Part shown: positions 11,379 through 20,902 of the stretch, one piece after another | Layout: the number at the start of each line of letters is the position of its first letter | Position numbering within the stretch: position 1 is the first letter of the stretch | DNA from: Planctomycetota bacterium | GTDB lineage: Bacteria > Planctomycetota > UBA1135 > UBA2386 | NCBI GenBank assembly: GCA_050245995.1 | Contig: JBFWWV010000029.1 | Coordinates: 14,652 to 78,651, forward strand | Direction of reading: 5' to 3' | DNA: 64,000 nucleotides | Made by a program: the position numbers and the translations under genes | The notes under the pieces: generated by a model | What the model was told of the DNA's origin: nothing | What the model saw: the letters and a program-made list of their open reading frames with translations, nothing else | Databases searched by the model: none

Positions 11379-12695
11379 TCAGCGGATCGCCGCGACGCGC
11401 CGCTGCACCAGCGGCGCCCGCGGCTTCGCCGAGTCGGCCACCGGCATCGCCGCCTGCACGACCGCAGCCGCACCCGCAGCGTCCGAAGCCGTGCGCGCGT
11501 GCACGGTCGCGAGCAACTCGCCCGCGCCCATGCGGTCGCCGCGACCACACGCCAGCACGATGCCGACCTGCGGGTCGACCGGGTCGCCGGGCTGACGCCG
11601 GCCGCCACCGAGGTCGACGATCGCGTGCCCGAGCGCCAGCGGGTCCACGTCGGCGACCACGCCGGCGCGAGCCGCGGTGACCGCCACGCGGTGCGGCGCG
11701 GCGCCGAGCCGCGCCGGGTCGTCGACCACGCGCGGGTCGCCGCCCTGCCGTTCGATGTTCTGCTGCAGGAGGCGCAGCGCGCTGCCGTCGGCGAGCTTGC
11801 CCTCGAGCCGGACGCGCGCCGCCGCGAGCTCGGTGTCGACGCCGGCCAGCAGCAGCATCTCGGCGCCGAGCGCCAGCACCAGATCCACGAGGTCGGCGGG
11901 CCCCTGTCCGCGCGCGGCGGCGATGATCTCCTCGACCTCGAGCGCGTTGCCCAGCGCCAGCCCGAGCGGATGGTCCATGTCGGTGCGCAGCGCCGACACG
12001 CGCAGCCCGGCGGCGCCGCCGACGTCGACCAGCGACTGCAGCAGCCGGTCGGCGTCCTGCTCCTTCTGCATGAACGCCGCGCGCCCGACCTTCACGTCCA
12101 TGACCAGGCCGTCGAGCGTCTCGGCGAGCTTCTTGCTCAGGATCGAGCTGGTGATCAGCGGGATGCTCTCGACGGTGCCGCTGACGTCGCGCGTCGCGTA
12201 CATGCGCCGGTCGGCCGGCGCGATCTCGGCGCTGGCCTGCACCATCGCGAAGCCGCAGTCGTCGAGCACGCGGTCGAAGGTCGCGGCGTCGAGCGACGTG
12301 CGGTAGCCCGGGATCGCCTCGAGCTTGTCGATCGTGCCGCCGGTGTGGCCGAGCCCGCGGCCGCTGATCATCGGCACGTGGACACCGCACGCCGCCACCA
12401 GCGGCGCCAGCAGCAGCGACGCCTTGTCGCCGACGCCGCCGGTCGAATGCTTGTCGACGCGCGGACGATCGCCGCGGCGCGCCAGCACGCGGCCCGAGTC
12501 GCGCATCGCCAGCGTCAGCGCCGCGGTCTCGGTCGGGTCCATGCCGCGGATGCAGACCGCCATCAGGAACGCGCCGAGCTGCGCGTCGCCGAGCGAGCCG
12601 TCGACGACGCCGCCGACCAGATCCTGGATCTCGGCGGCGGTGAGCACGCCGCCATCGCGCTTCTTCTGGTTCAGTCGGGCCGGGTGGTGCTGCAT
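11379..12695 (-). CDS. pdp: Thymidine/pyrimidine-nucleoside phosphorylase
   Basis: VDKHSTGGVGDK, SGRGLGHTGGTIDKLEAIPG, APADRRMYATRDVSGTVESIPLITSSILSKK. Confidence 0.95.
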   Translation of the reverse strand: MQHHPARLNQKKRDGGVLTAAEIQDLVGGVVDGSLGDAQLGAFLMAVCIRGMDPTETAALTLAMRDSGRVLARRGDRPRVDKHSTGGVGDKASLLLAPLVAACGVHVPMISGRGLGHTGGTIDKLEAIPGYRTSLDAATFDRVLDDCGFAMVQASAEIAPADRRMYATRDVSGTVESIPLITSSILSKKLAETLDGLVMDVKVGRAAFMQKEQDADRLLQSLVDVGGAAGLRVSALRTDMDHPLGLALGNALEVEEIIAAARGQGPADLVDLVLALGAEMLLLAGVDTELAAARVRLEGKLADGSALRLLQQNIERQGGDPRVVDDPARLGAAPHRVAVTAARAGVVADVDPLALGHAIVDLGGGRRQPGDPVDPQVGIVLACGRGDRMGAGELLATVHARTASDAAGAAAVVQAAMPVADSAKPRAPLVQRRVAAIR

Positions 12696-12711
12696 GGTCG
12701 CGTCACCGCGC

Positions 12712-13560
12712 TCACTGGGCGACCGGGTGCCACAGCGTCTTCAGCTCGACGAACGGCTCGACCCACAGCAGCGAGCGCAGGCCCTCGGGCTGGCTCCACT
12801 GCACTTCGGGTACACAGCAGTAGCGCACGCGCTTGCAGTTGTCGGCCGCGGCCTTGCCGATCGCCGCGTCCGGCGTCCCGGCGACCAGCAGCCCGTCGAT
12901 GTCGCGGTGCGCCGCGAACTGCGGCACGAGTTCGTCGCGCAGCCCCGCCAGCAGGTTCGCGGCGCCGCCCGGCAGATCGCTGGTCGCCAGCGCCTCGCCG
13001 AGCGCCAGCCCCGCGAACGGCGCGCGCTCGCTGCACAGCGCGATCACCGCGTTGCCGCCGACCAGCACCGGCAGCATCAGGGCGAGCAGCCCCAGCAGCG
13101 CCGGCCGCTCCGGCGCGATCACACCGACCACGCCCTGCGGCTCGACGGTGCTGAACGCGAAGAACGGCCCCTGCACCGCGTTCTGCGAGCCGAGCAGGCT
13201 CTGCAGCTTGTCGGGCAGGCCCGCGTACCAGGTCACCAGCCCGATCGCCGCCGTGACCTCGGCCTGCGCCGCCGCCGCGCTCTCGCCGCCGGTGACGAGT
13301 TCGGCGACCAGCGCGTCGCGCCGCGTCTCCATCATCTCGGCCAGGCGATACAGGATCTGCCCGCGCAGGTACGCCGACCCCTTGGCCCACGCCTGCTGCC
13401 CCTTGCGCGCAGCGATCACCGCGTCGCGCAGGTCCTTGCGGCTGCCGCGCGTGACGTTGACGTTCGGCGCGCCGGCCGGCTGGAAGCTGCGCCCCGACTC
13501 GCTGCGCGGGAACTTGCCGCCGACGTAGAGCTTGTAGGTCTTGCGCACGGGGACGGTCAT
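12712..13560 (-). CDS. Short aldehyde dehydrogenase-family protein (NAD-binding half; no catalytic Cys motif)
   Basis: VRKTYKLYVGGKFPRSESGR N-terminus, EPQGVVGVIAP, ends ELKTLWHPV; 282 aa; lacks ELGGK and the Cys loop. Confidence 0.85.
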   Translation of the reverse strand: MTVPVRKTYKLYVGGKFPRSESGRSFQPAGAPNVNVTRGSRKDLRDAVIAARKGQQAWAKGSAYLRGQILYRLAEMMETRRDALVAELVTGGESAAAAQAEVTAAIGLVTWYAGLPDKLQSLLGSQNAVQGPFFAFSTVEPQGVVGVIAPERPALLGLLALMLPVLVGGNAVIALCSERAPFAGLALGEALATSDLPGGAANLLAGLRDELVPQFAAHRDIDGLLVAGTPDAAIGKAAADNCKRVRYCCVPEVQWSQPEGLRSLLWVEPFVELKTLWHPVAQ

Positions 13561-13619
13561 GGGTCGCAACAGTCCCAGACGGAGCGGGCGTCCGCAAGCA
13601 GGCGCTAGGCTGCGTGCCA

Positions 13620-13862
13620 GGCCCTCCCGTGCCCAAGCCGCGCGAAGCGCGGCCGGTGCCCAGCGGCGCGCAGCGCCGCGGTGCCAAGCGGGCGCGCGCA
13701 GCGCGCTCGCCGGTGCCCGCGCGCGCGAAGCGCGCGCTGGGGTACTCCGTCGACCGCGCGAGTCGACCCAGCCCGCGCTTCGCGCGGGCGGGCACCGGCC
13801 GCACTTCGCGCGGCCTGGGCACCGGCGCGCTGCGCGCGCCTGGGCACGGGCACGCAGGGTCC
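13620..13862. repeat. Palindromic element family A, copy 1
   Basis: Array of GNA-loop mini-hairpins separated by GTGCCC on the left arm and GGGCAC on the right arm; homologous to 38965-39345. Confidence 0.85.
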
Positions 13863-13864
13863 GC

Positions 13865-14332
13865 TCAGCGGCGCAGCAGCAGGCCGACGCTGCGCAGCGC
13901 CGACCCCAGCATGCGCGCGAACTCGCGCAGCACCCGACTCGGGTGCAACGGCGGCACCTCCTCCACCGGCAGCAACCCCGGTTCCTCCAACCCGGCCTCG
14001 ATCTCCGCCGCGGTCGCCGAACCCTCGGCGACCGGGTCCGGGTGGACCACCTGCTCGAACGCCGTCAGCACTTCGTTCGCCGGGTCGCGATCCGCGGCCG
14101 CGGTGAGCACGTCGTAGCGCGCGACCGGGCGATACCCGCTGGCCAGGTGCATGCGCTCCTGGCCGGGCGGCGACCGCCGGACCAGCACCGCGTCGACTCC
14201 GAACTCGCGCAGCACGGCCGCGATCGCGGCACCGCCGTCCTCGACGAGCAGCGCCGCCGCGACGACGCGCGCGCCCGGCTGCGTGCGATCGCCCTCAGGC
14301 GGCCCGTCGTCGATCCCGTCGCTGGTGGTCAC
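13865..14332 (-). CDS. Hypothetical protein
   Basis: GTG start with TATCCT 6 nt upstream; coding-like frame MTTSDGIDDGPPEG..LLLRR; no recognised family. Confidence 0.5.
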   Translation of the reverse strand: MTTSDGIDDGPPEGDRTQPGARVVAAALLVEDGGAAIAAVLREFGVDAVLVRRSPPGQERMHLASGYRPVARYDVLTAAADRDPANEVLTAFEQVVHPDPVAEGSATAAEIEAGLEEPGLLPVEEVPPLHPSRVLREFARMLGSALRSVGLLLRR

Positions 14333-14392
14333 GGCGACAGGATACCGCGATGGCAGCTTGCCGCGCCGCGACGACGCCGACACGCTGGCCGG

Positions 14393-14905
14393 GTGCCCGT
14401 CCCGGAGTTGGTCACCGACCGCCTGCACCTCGCGCCGCTGATCGCAGCCGACGCGCCGTTCGCGCTCGAACTGCTGAACGAGCCGGACTTCGTCCGCTTC
14501 ATCGGCGACCGCGGCGTGCGCACGCTCGACGACGCGCGGCGCTATCTCGACGACGGTCCGCTGCGCAGCTACCGCGCGCACGGCTTCGGCCTGTTGCGCA
14601 CGGCGCTGCGCGACACCGACGAGCCGGTCGGCATCTGCGGCCTGCTGTGGCGCGACGCGCTCCCGGGCCCCGACCTCGGGTTCGCGTTCCTGCACCGGCA
14701 CTGCGGCCGGGGCTACGCGACCGAGGCCGGGCGCGCGGTGCTCGATCACGCGTTCGCGGTGCTCGGCCTCGAGCGCGTGCTGGCGATCACGTCGCTGGAT
14801 CACCCGGCGTCCCGACGGGTGCTGCACAAGCTCGGCTTCGGCGACGACGGCACGATGAACTTCGGTGCCGACGTCGTTCGGCTGCTGTCCTGCAGCCGCA
14901 GTTAG
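14393..14905 (+). CDS. GNAT N-acetyltransferase (RimJ/RimL-like)
   Basis: LVTDRLHLAPL, FIGDRGVRTLDDA, VGICGLLWRD..PGPDLGFAFL..GRGYATEAGRAVL, ASRRVLHKLGF. Confidence 0.9.
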   Translation: MPVPELVTDRLHLAPLIAADAPFALELLNEPDFVRFIGDRGVRTLDDARRYLDDGPLRSYRAHGFGLLRTALRDTDEPVGICGLLWRDALPGPDLGFAFLHRHCGRGYATEAGRAVLDHAFAVLGLERVLAITSLDHPASRRVLHKLGFGDDGTMNFGADVVRLLSCSRS

Positions 14906-14942
14906 CTCGGCTGGGCTCTGGGCTGGGCTCTGGGCTGGGTTG

Positions 14943-15362
14943 CCCCGGAAGCAACAGGGAGAGCACGGAGAGCACCGGGAGGGGCACGGAGCAGAAAGCA
15001 ACCGACGAGCTGGCCGTCCCGCGGATCGAGAGCACACCGAGAGCACCAGGGATCTGCAGCTGGGCGGAGGTGTTCGCGTCGCGGATGCCCTCTGTCTCTG
15101 TGCTCTCCGTGCTCTCTGTGGTTGCTTGTTCTGGGGTACTCCCAGAGCAGACAACCACAGAGAGCGCAGAGGACACGGAGCAGAAAGCAACCGACGCGCT
15201 GGCCATCACGGGGATCGAGAGCACACGCGGCAGGAGAAGACACGCCTACGTGTCCTCTCGGCCTCTCGGTCCGGCACGGCGGATGGCCGCCTCGCCGAGT
15301 GCTTTCTGCTCTGCGCCCCTCCCGGTGCTCTCGGTGCTCTCCCCGTTCCTCTGGGAGTACCC
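14943..15362. repeat. Palindromic element family B, copy 1
   Basis: ~60-bp terminal inverted arms (GAGAGCACGGAGAGCACCGGGAGGGGCACGGAGCAGAAAGCA and its complement) and a central CTCTGTGGTT..CTGGGGTACTCCCAG..AACCACAGAG palindrome. Confidence 0.9.
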
Positions 15363-15374
15363 ACCGACAGACCC

Positions 15375-15830
15375 TCAGCGCTCGCGCCGCCCCCACGCCA
15401 GCGCCCCCACGTGCGCCGCCACCTGCGTCTCGACCAGCCCGTAGCCGATCGACACGAACAGCAAGGTGACACTCAGACCGTAGCTCGCGGCCAGGAACAG
15501 TGGCCAGGCGATGTAGCCGACGATCCAGAACACCAGACCGGTGAGGCGCGCGGCGCGGAAGCGCATGCGCTTTCGTTGCAGGGCGGCGAACAGCGCCATG
15601 GTCACGAAGCCGAACAGCAGGCGGATGCCGAGGTGCAGCGCGACCTGGCCCCAGTCGGTGCCGCTCGCGGCGACGGCGTCGACGGCGGGCTGCGCCTTGC
15701 CGGTGACCTCGGCGAGCACGGCCGCGAGCTCGTCGCGCAGCGTCTCGTCGAGCACGAAGTGCACGAACGCCATGGCGAGCAGCGCGTGCACCACGCCGGC
15801 GGCCAGCCCTGCCCGCAGGTAGCGCGTCAT
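15375..15830 (-). CDS. Hypothetical membrane protein (about 4 TM)
   Basis: MTRYLRAGLAAGVVHALL..; hydrophobic segments; starts 4 nt after the ALDH stop. Confidence 0.75.
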   Translation of the reverse strand: MTRYLRAGLAAGVVHALLAMAFVHFVLDETLRDELAAVLAEVTGKAQPAVDAVAASGTDWGQVALHLGIRLLFGFVTMALFAALQRKRMRFRAARLTGLVFWIVGYIAWPLFLAASYGLSVTLLFVSIGYGLVETQVAAHVGALAWGRRER

Positions 15831-15834
15831 GGCG

Positions 15835-17376
15835 CTACCCGGCCGACAGCGCGCCGGGGAACCGCAGGTAGGCGCGCAGACCCTGGCGGCCGCCCTCGCG
15901 GCCGAAGCCCGACTCCTGGTAGCCGCCGAACGGTGCCGCGGCATCGAAGCGATTGAACGTGTTGTTCCAGACCACGCCGGCGCGCAGGCGCTCGGCGAGC
16001 CACAGGATGCGCGCGCCCTTGTCGGTCCAGATGCCGGCGCTGAGGCCGTAGCTGGTGTTGTTGGCCTTCTGCACCGCCTCCTCGGGCGTGCGGAACGTCA
16101 TCACCGTGAGCACCGGGCCGAAGATCTCGTCGCGCGCGACGCGGTGGCTCAGCGCCACGCCGGTGAACACCGACGGCCGGAACCAGTGGCCGCGCGCCGG
16201 CAGCGCGCACTCGCTCTGGAACAGCGCGCAGCCCTCGTCGACGCCGCTCCGCACCAGCTCCTGGATGCGCAGGAGCTGGGCCTTGCTGTTGATGGCGCCC
16301 ATGTCGGTGTTCTTGTCCATCGGGTCGCCTGTGCGAATCCGCTGCATGCGGCGCTGCAGCTTGTCGACGAACAGGTCGTGGATGCTCTCGTGCAGCAGCA
16401 GGCGCGAGCCGGCGCAGCAGACGTGGCCCTGGTTGAAGAAGATGCCGCGCACCACGCCCTCGACGGCCTGGTCGATCGCGGCGTCCTCGAACACCACGTG
16501 CGCCGCCTTGCCGCCGAGCTCGAGCGTCAGCTCCTTGCCGGTGCCGGCGAGCGCCTGCTGGATGCGCTTGCCGACCGCGGTGCTGCCGGTGAACGCGACC
16601 TTGGCGAGATCCGGGTGCTCGACCAGCGCCTGCCCCGTCGTGCCATCGCCGGTGACGACGTTGACGACGCCGGGCGGCAGCTCGGCCTGCTGCAGGATCT
16701 CGCACAGCCGCAGCGCCGTCAGCGGCGTGGTCTCGGCCGGCTTGAGCACCACCGTGTTGCCGCACGCGAGCGCCGGCGCCAGCTTCCACGCCGCCATCAG
16801 CAGCGGGAAGTTCCACGGGATCACCTGGCCGATCACGCCGAGCGGCTCGGGCACCGCGCCGGGGAACGCCAGCTCGAGCTTGTCGGCCCAGCCGGCGTGG
16901 TAGAAGAAGTGCTGCGCCGCCAACGGCACGTCGACGTCGCGCGACTCGCGGATCGGCTTGCCGCCGTCCATGGTCTCGAGGCACGCCAGTTCGCGCGCGC
17001 GCTCCTGCACGATCCGGGCGATGCGGTAGAGGTAGCGCGCGCGCTCCTCGCCGGACAGCGCGCGCCACGCCGGCAGCGCCTGCTTCGCCGCCTGCACCGC
17101 GGCGTCGACGTCCTCGGCCGCGCCGTGCGCGACCTCGCCGAGGGTCTCCTCGGTGGCCGGGTTCTCGGTCGGGAAGTAGCGCCCCGAACGCGGCGTCACC
17201 CACGCGCCGCCGACGAACAGTTCGCTGCGCTTGGGCACCGCGAAGTGCTCGGTTCCCTCGGGTGCCGGCGCGTAGGACCAGACCTCGCCGAAGCCGAGCT
17301 CGGGGCGCGCCTTCGCCGGATCCTGCGCCGTGTCCACCTTCCGCTCGCCGCGTCGCCGTGCGTCGTGTTCGACCAT
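15835..17376 (-). CDS. Aldehyde dehydrogenase (catalytic, full length)
   Basis: IPWNFPLLMAAWK, LKPAETTP, FTGST, LELGGK, FFNQGHVCCAGSRL, EIFGPV, PFGGYQESGFGREGG; TATCGT 8 nt before ATG 17376. Confidence 0.95.
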   Translation of the reverse strand: MVEHDARRRGERKVDTAQDPAKARPELGFGEVWSYAPAPEGTEHFAVPKRSELFVGGAWVTPRSGRYFPTENPATEETLGEVAHGAAEDVDAAVQAAKQALPAWRALSGEERARYLYRIARIVQERARELACLETMDGGKPIRESRDVDVPLAAQHFFYHAGWADKLELAFPGAVPEPLGVIGQVIPWNFPLLMAAWKLAPALACGNTVVLKPAETTPLTALRLCEILQQAELPPGVVNVVTGDGTTGQALVEHPDLAKVAFTGSTAVGKRIQQALAGTGKELTLELGGKAAHVVFEDAAIDQAVEGVVRGIFFNQGHVCCAGSRLLLHESIHDLFVDKLQRRMQRIRTGDPMDKNTDMGAINSKAQLLRIQELVRSGVDEGCALFQSECALPARGHWFRPSVFTGVALSHRVARDEIFGPVLTVMTFRTPEEAVQKANNTSYGLSAGIWTDKGARILWLAERLRAGVVWNNTFNRFDAAAPFGGYQESGFGREGGRQGLRAYLRFPGALSAG

Positions 17377-17473
17377 CGCCCGCGACGATAGAGCCGGACT
17401 CGGGTCATTGCACGCACAGGCGGCGGGGACGGTAGAACCGGCCCGGACCTTCGAGTACGAACCGCCCCGTTCC

Positions 17474-18245
17474 ATGCACCCCACCCCCCCTCCGGCCGCT
17501 GCGCGCCGTCGCCGCGGCGTTGCATTCCTCCGCCCGGCAGTCGCATCGGGCCTCGCTCTCGTCCTCGGCGCCTGCGCCGCGCCGGTGCGGCCGCGCGTGC
17601 CGGTCGACGACGACGACCACCAGCACATGGTCAAGGAGTACCCGCTCGGCCGGATCCCGCGCGTCGAGGAGCAGGGCGAGAAGGAGCTCCTGGTCGGCAT
17701 CCGTCACGACGAGGCCGCGACCGAGCTGCTGCTCGAAGGCGAGTACGGCGTCGCCGATCGCGTGCAGCTCGAGGTCGAGGTGCCGATCGTCGAGGTGCAC
17801 GGCGGCGGCCCCGATGGCATTCCCGCCGTCGAGTTCGGCGCCACGGTCGCGCTGCTCGAGGACCCGCGCGAGCTGGCGGCGACGCTCGGAGCGAAGATCA
17901 CCGCGCCGGTCGAGGACAGCCGCACGAAGTACGAGGTGATCGGCATCGTTCGGCCGCCGCTTCGAGAACGTGCAGATCAGCGGCAGCTTCGGCGTCGAGT
18001 GGGACGGCGACGAGACCGAGACCCTGTGGACGGTGTCGGCGGTCACGCCGTGGCGCGACGCGTGGGCCGAGGTCGACCTGTTCCCGACCGTCGAGCTGAT
18101 CGGCGTCGAGAGCGCGACGTGGCTGGCGCCGGGCGTCGTGCTGCCGCTGGCGCCGGGCAGCCAGGCCTCGCTGGCGATCCCGTTCGGCATCGGCGGCGAC
18201 GCCGAGGACATCGGCATCGCGTTCACCAACTTGATCGAGTGGTGA
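17474..18245 (+). pseudogene. Frameshifted lipoprotein with probable outer-membrane beta-barrel (pseudogene or sequencing error)
   Basis: Lipobox LGAC; frame continues ..VIGIV, then removing one base at GTTC 17948-17951 joins GRRFENVQISGSFGVEW..TNLIEW* (ORF 17970-18245). Confidence 0.65.
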
Positions 18246-18260
18246 GCCCGGGTCGGCCGA

Positions 18261-18322
18261 CGCTCGCGCCGGGCGGGCCCCCGCTCGCGCCGGGCGGGCC
18301 CCCGCTCGCGCCGGGCGGGCCC
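18261..18322. repeat. 21-bp tandem repeat x3
   Basis: CGCTCGCGCCGGGCGGGCCCC repeated three times (last copy short) just after the gene stop. Confidence 0.9.
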
Positions 18323-18394
18323 GAATGCCGATAGTCCCCGGGGCAGGCGCCGCGTGCCTGCGCGCCCGCCGTGGCTTCCCCAGACCCCCGCTCC

Positions 18395-18400
18395 TAGAAT
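18395..18400 (+). promoter_or_regulatory. -10 box TAGAAT, leaderless configuration
   Basis: 6 nt before ATG 18407. Confidence 0.6.
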
Positions 18401-18406
18401 CCCCGC

Positions 18407-18910
18407 ATGCGCGCACCGACTTCGCCGACGGGCCTGCTGCCAGCGCCGCTGCAGATCCTGCTGCTGGGCCTGCTGCTGCCGGCCGGCGGCTGCACCTGGT
18501 TCAAGTCCAACCGCGAGGTGCTGATCACCAGCGACCCCGCCGGCGCGCACGTCTTCCTGGACGGCCACGACACCGGCGAGACCACGCCGTACGCGTTCCA
18601 GATCGCCGGCAACTTCGGCAGCGACCATGAGCTCGAGCTGCGCCGCGCCGGCTATCGGCCGGAGCGGCGGCACCTGTACCAGCACACCGAGTTCTACATG
18701 ACGCGGTGGATCGACGGCGCCGGCCCCGAGGAGCTGCCGCCGCTGCCGCTGTCGTGGACCGCGGGCGACTTCGTGTTCCCGTTCGGCGTGCGCGGCGCGA
18801 TCATCCCGGGCGAGGTCTACGTGAAGATGTACCGCGAGGACGAGCCGCTGCTCGGCTTCGACGTGCTGCGCGCTCGCGCCGCGGCGGGCACCGCGCCGGC
18901 CGGACAGTAG
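18407..18910 (+). CDS. PEGA-domain lipoprotein
   Basis: Lipobox AGGC; VLITSDPAGAHVFLDG..GETTP..LELRRAGY. Confidence 0.8.
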   Translation: MRAPTSPTGLLPAPLQILLLGLLLPAGGCTWFKSNREVLITSDPAGAHVFLDGHDTGETTPYAFQIAGNFGSDHELELRRAGYRPERRHLYQHTEFYMTRWIDGAGPEELPPLPLSWTAGDFVFPFGVRGAIIPGEVYVKMYREDEPLLGFDVLRARAAAGTAPAGQ

Positions 18911-18913
18911 CGC

Positions 18914-19474
18914 GTGCGCGCCGTCTTCCTCGACCGCGACGGCACGCTGAACCGGGAGATCGGCTTCTTCGGCGACCCCGACCGCCTCGAGCTGCTGCCG
19001 GGCGTGCGCCCCGCGCTCGAACGGCTGCGCGCCGCCGGCTTCGCGCTGGTCGTGGTGACCAACCAGAGCGGCATCGCCCGCGGCTACTACGGCGAACGCG
19101 ACCTCGCCGCCGTGCACCGCCGCATGCAGGAGCAGCTCGGCCCGGTGCTGCGCGCGTTCCTGCACTGCCCGCACCACCCCGACGAGGACGGGCCCTACGG
19201 CGGTCCGTGCGACTGCCGCAAGCCGGCGCCGGGCCTCCTGCACCGGGCGCGGACGCTGCTCGGCGTCGACTTCGAGGGTTCCTACCTGGTCGGCGACAGC
19301 GCCCGCGACGTGCTGGCGGCGCGCGGCCTGCCGCTCCGCACGGTGCACGTCCGCAGCGGGAAGCCGGTCGAACGCGAGCGCGCCGCGCTGGCCGCGGCGC
19401 AGTTCGCCGTCGACGCCGAGGTCGCGGACCTGCCGGCCGCGGTCGACTGGATCCTGGCGGACGCCGCGCGCTGA
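18914..19474 (+). CDS. gmhB: D-glycero-D-manno-heptose 1,7-bisphosphate phosphatase (HAD IIIA)
   Basis: FLDRDGTLN, VVTNQSGIARG, CPHHP..CDCRKPAPG, VGDSARD. Confidence 0.92.
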   Translation: MRAVFLDRDGTLNREIGFFGDPDRLELLPGVRPALERLRAAGFALVVVTNQSGIARGYYGERDLAAVHRRMQEQLGPVLRAFLHCPHHPDEDGPYGGPCDCRKPAPGLLHRARTLLGVDFEGSYLVGDSARDVLAARGLPLRTVHVRSGKPVERERAALAAAQFAVDAEVADLPAAVDWILADAAR

Positions 19475-19522
19475 CGCCGCGCGGATCCGGGCCGACGGCT
19501 TGCGCCGCGCCGCGCCGCGCGT

Positions 19523-20902
19523 ATGGCACTGGCCGTGCTCGCGATCCTCTGCCTCTACGTGCTGGCGCAGCTGGTGCTCGGTCTGTGGATCGCGCGCCGC
19601 GTGCGCACCGAGGACGACTACCTGGTCGCCGGCCGTCGGCTCGGCCCGGTGCTCGCGATCTCCAGCATGTTCGCGACCTGGTTCGGCGCCGAGAGCTGCA
19701 TCGGCGCCGCCGGCGCCGTCTACGAGGAAGGTGCCGGCCTGCACTCGGTGGAGCCGTTCGCCTACGGCATGTGCCTGGTGCTGCTCGGCGCCGTCTTCGC
19801 CGCGCGGCTGTGGCGCGCCGGCATCACCACGCTGGCCGACCTGTTCCAGCAGCGCATCGGCGGCTCGACGGCGACGATCGCGGCGGTGCTGATGGTGCCG
19901 ACGTCGCTCCTGTGGGCGGCGGCGCAGGTGCGCGCGTTCGGCCACGTGGTCGCCGTCAACTCCGGCGGGCTGCTCGGCGAAGAGGCCGCGCTGGCGGCGG
20001 CGGCGCTGGTCGTGGTGCTCTACACCGGCGCCGGCGGCCTGCTCGCCGACGTGGTGACCGACCTGGTGCAGGGCGTGCTGCTGGTGCTCGGGCTGGTGCT
20101 CCTGCTCGGCGCCGTCGTCTGGGCGCTGGGCGGCCCCGCCGCCGCGGTCGAGGCGGCGCAGGCGCTACCCGAGCGCGCGCCGGCCGAACCGCTCGGCGGC
20201 CTCGAGCTGCTGGAGCTGTGGGCGATCCCGCTGTGCGGCTCGGTCGTCGCGCAGGAGGCGATCGCGCGCGCGTTGGCCGCGCGATCGCCGGGCCTGGCGC
20301 GCACGGCCGGGATCGCCGGCGGCGGGCTCTACCTGCTGATCGGCCTGGTGCCGGTGGCGCTCGGGCTGCTGGGTCCGCTGCTGGTGACGGACCTCGGGGA
20401 CGCCGAGCAGCTGCTGCCGACGCTGGCCCGCGACCACGCGCCGGGGATCGTGCACGTGCTGTTCACCGGCGCGCTGGTGTCGGCGATGCTGTCGACCGTC
20501 GACAGCTCGCTGCTCGCGGCGTCGTCGGTGCTGACGCGCAACCTGGTCGTGCGGCAGCGCCCGCTGTCGCCGGAAGCGCGCCTGCGCACCGCGCGCCTGT
20601 CGGCGGTCGCCTGCGGGCTCGCAGCCTGGGCGCTGGCGCACCTGGGCGACGGCGTCAGCGACCTGGTCGAGCAGGCGTCGGGGTTCGGCAGCGCCGGCAT
20701 CTTCGTGGTGATGCTGGCCGCGCTGTACGGCCGCGGCGTGCCTCCACGTGCCGCCAACCTCGCCATGCTCGGCGGCGTCTCGGCGTGGGTGCTCGGCAGC
20801 TACGTGTTCGACGGACCGCTGCCCTACCTCGGCTCGCTGGCGGCGGCGGCCGGCGGACTCGGCCTCGGGCTGCTGCTGCCGCGGCGCGGAGCGAAGGCAT
20901 GA
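19523..20902 (+). CDS. Sodium:solute symporter family protein
   Basis: DDYLVAGRRLGP, FATWFGAESCIG, YTGAGGLLADVVTDLVQ, SAMLSTVDSSLLA; many TM helices. Confidence 0.9.
   Translation: MALAVLAILCLYVLAQLVLGLWIARRVRTEDDYLVAGRRLGPVLAISSMFATWFGAESCIGAAGAVYEEGAGLHSVEPFAYGMCLVLLGAVFAARLWRAGITTLADLFQQRIGGSTATIAAVLMVPTSLLWAAAQVRAFGHVVAVNSGGLLGEEAALAAAALVVVLYTGAGGLLADVVTDLVQGVLLVLGLVLLLGAVVWALGGPAAAVEAAQALPERAPAEPLGGLELLELWAIPLCGSVVAQEAIARALAARSPGLARTAGIAGGGLYLLIGLVPVALGLLGPLLVTDLGDAEQLLPTLARDHAPGIVHVLFTGALVSAMLSTVDSSLLAASSVLTRNLVVRQRPLSPEARLRTARLSAVACGLAAWALAHLGDGVSDLVEQASGFGSAGIFVVMLAALYGRGVPPRAANLAMLGGVSAWVLGSYVFDGPLPYLGSLAAAAGGLGLGLLLPRRGAKA

Noticed and set aside
13620-13862. Family A or B arrays as CRISPR
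   Set aside because: Repeats are inverted and modular, the constant part is only 6 bp (A) or irregularly spaced (B), there are no unique uniform spacers and no cas genes
14787-15472. ORFs inside family B elements (also 34640-35425, 36627-37014, 53544-54535)
   Set aside because: They translate the repeat arms (HREHRE, LCVLCALCG) in several frames on both strands; no RBS or -10 support
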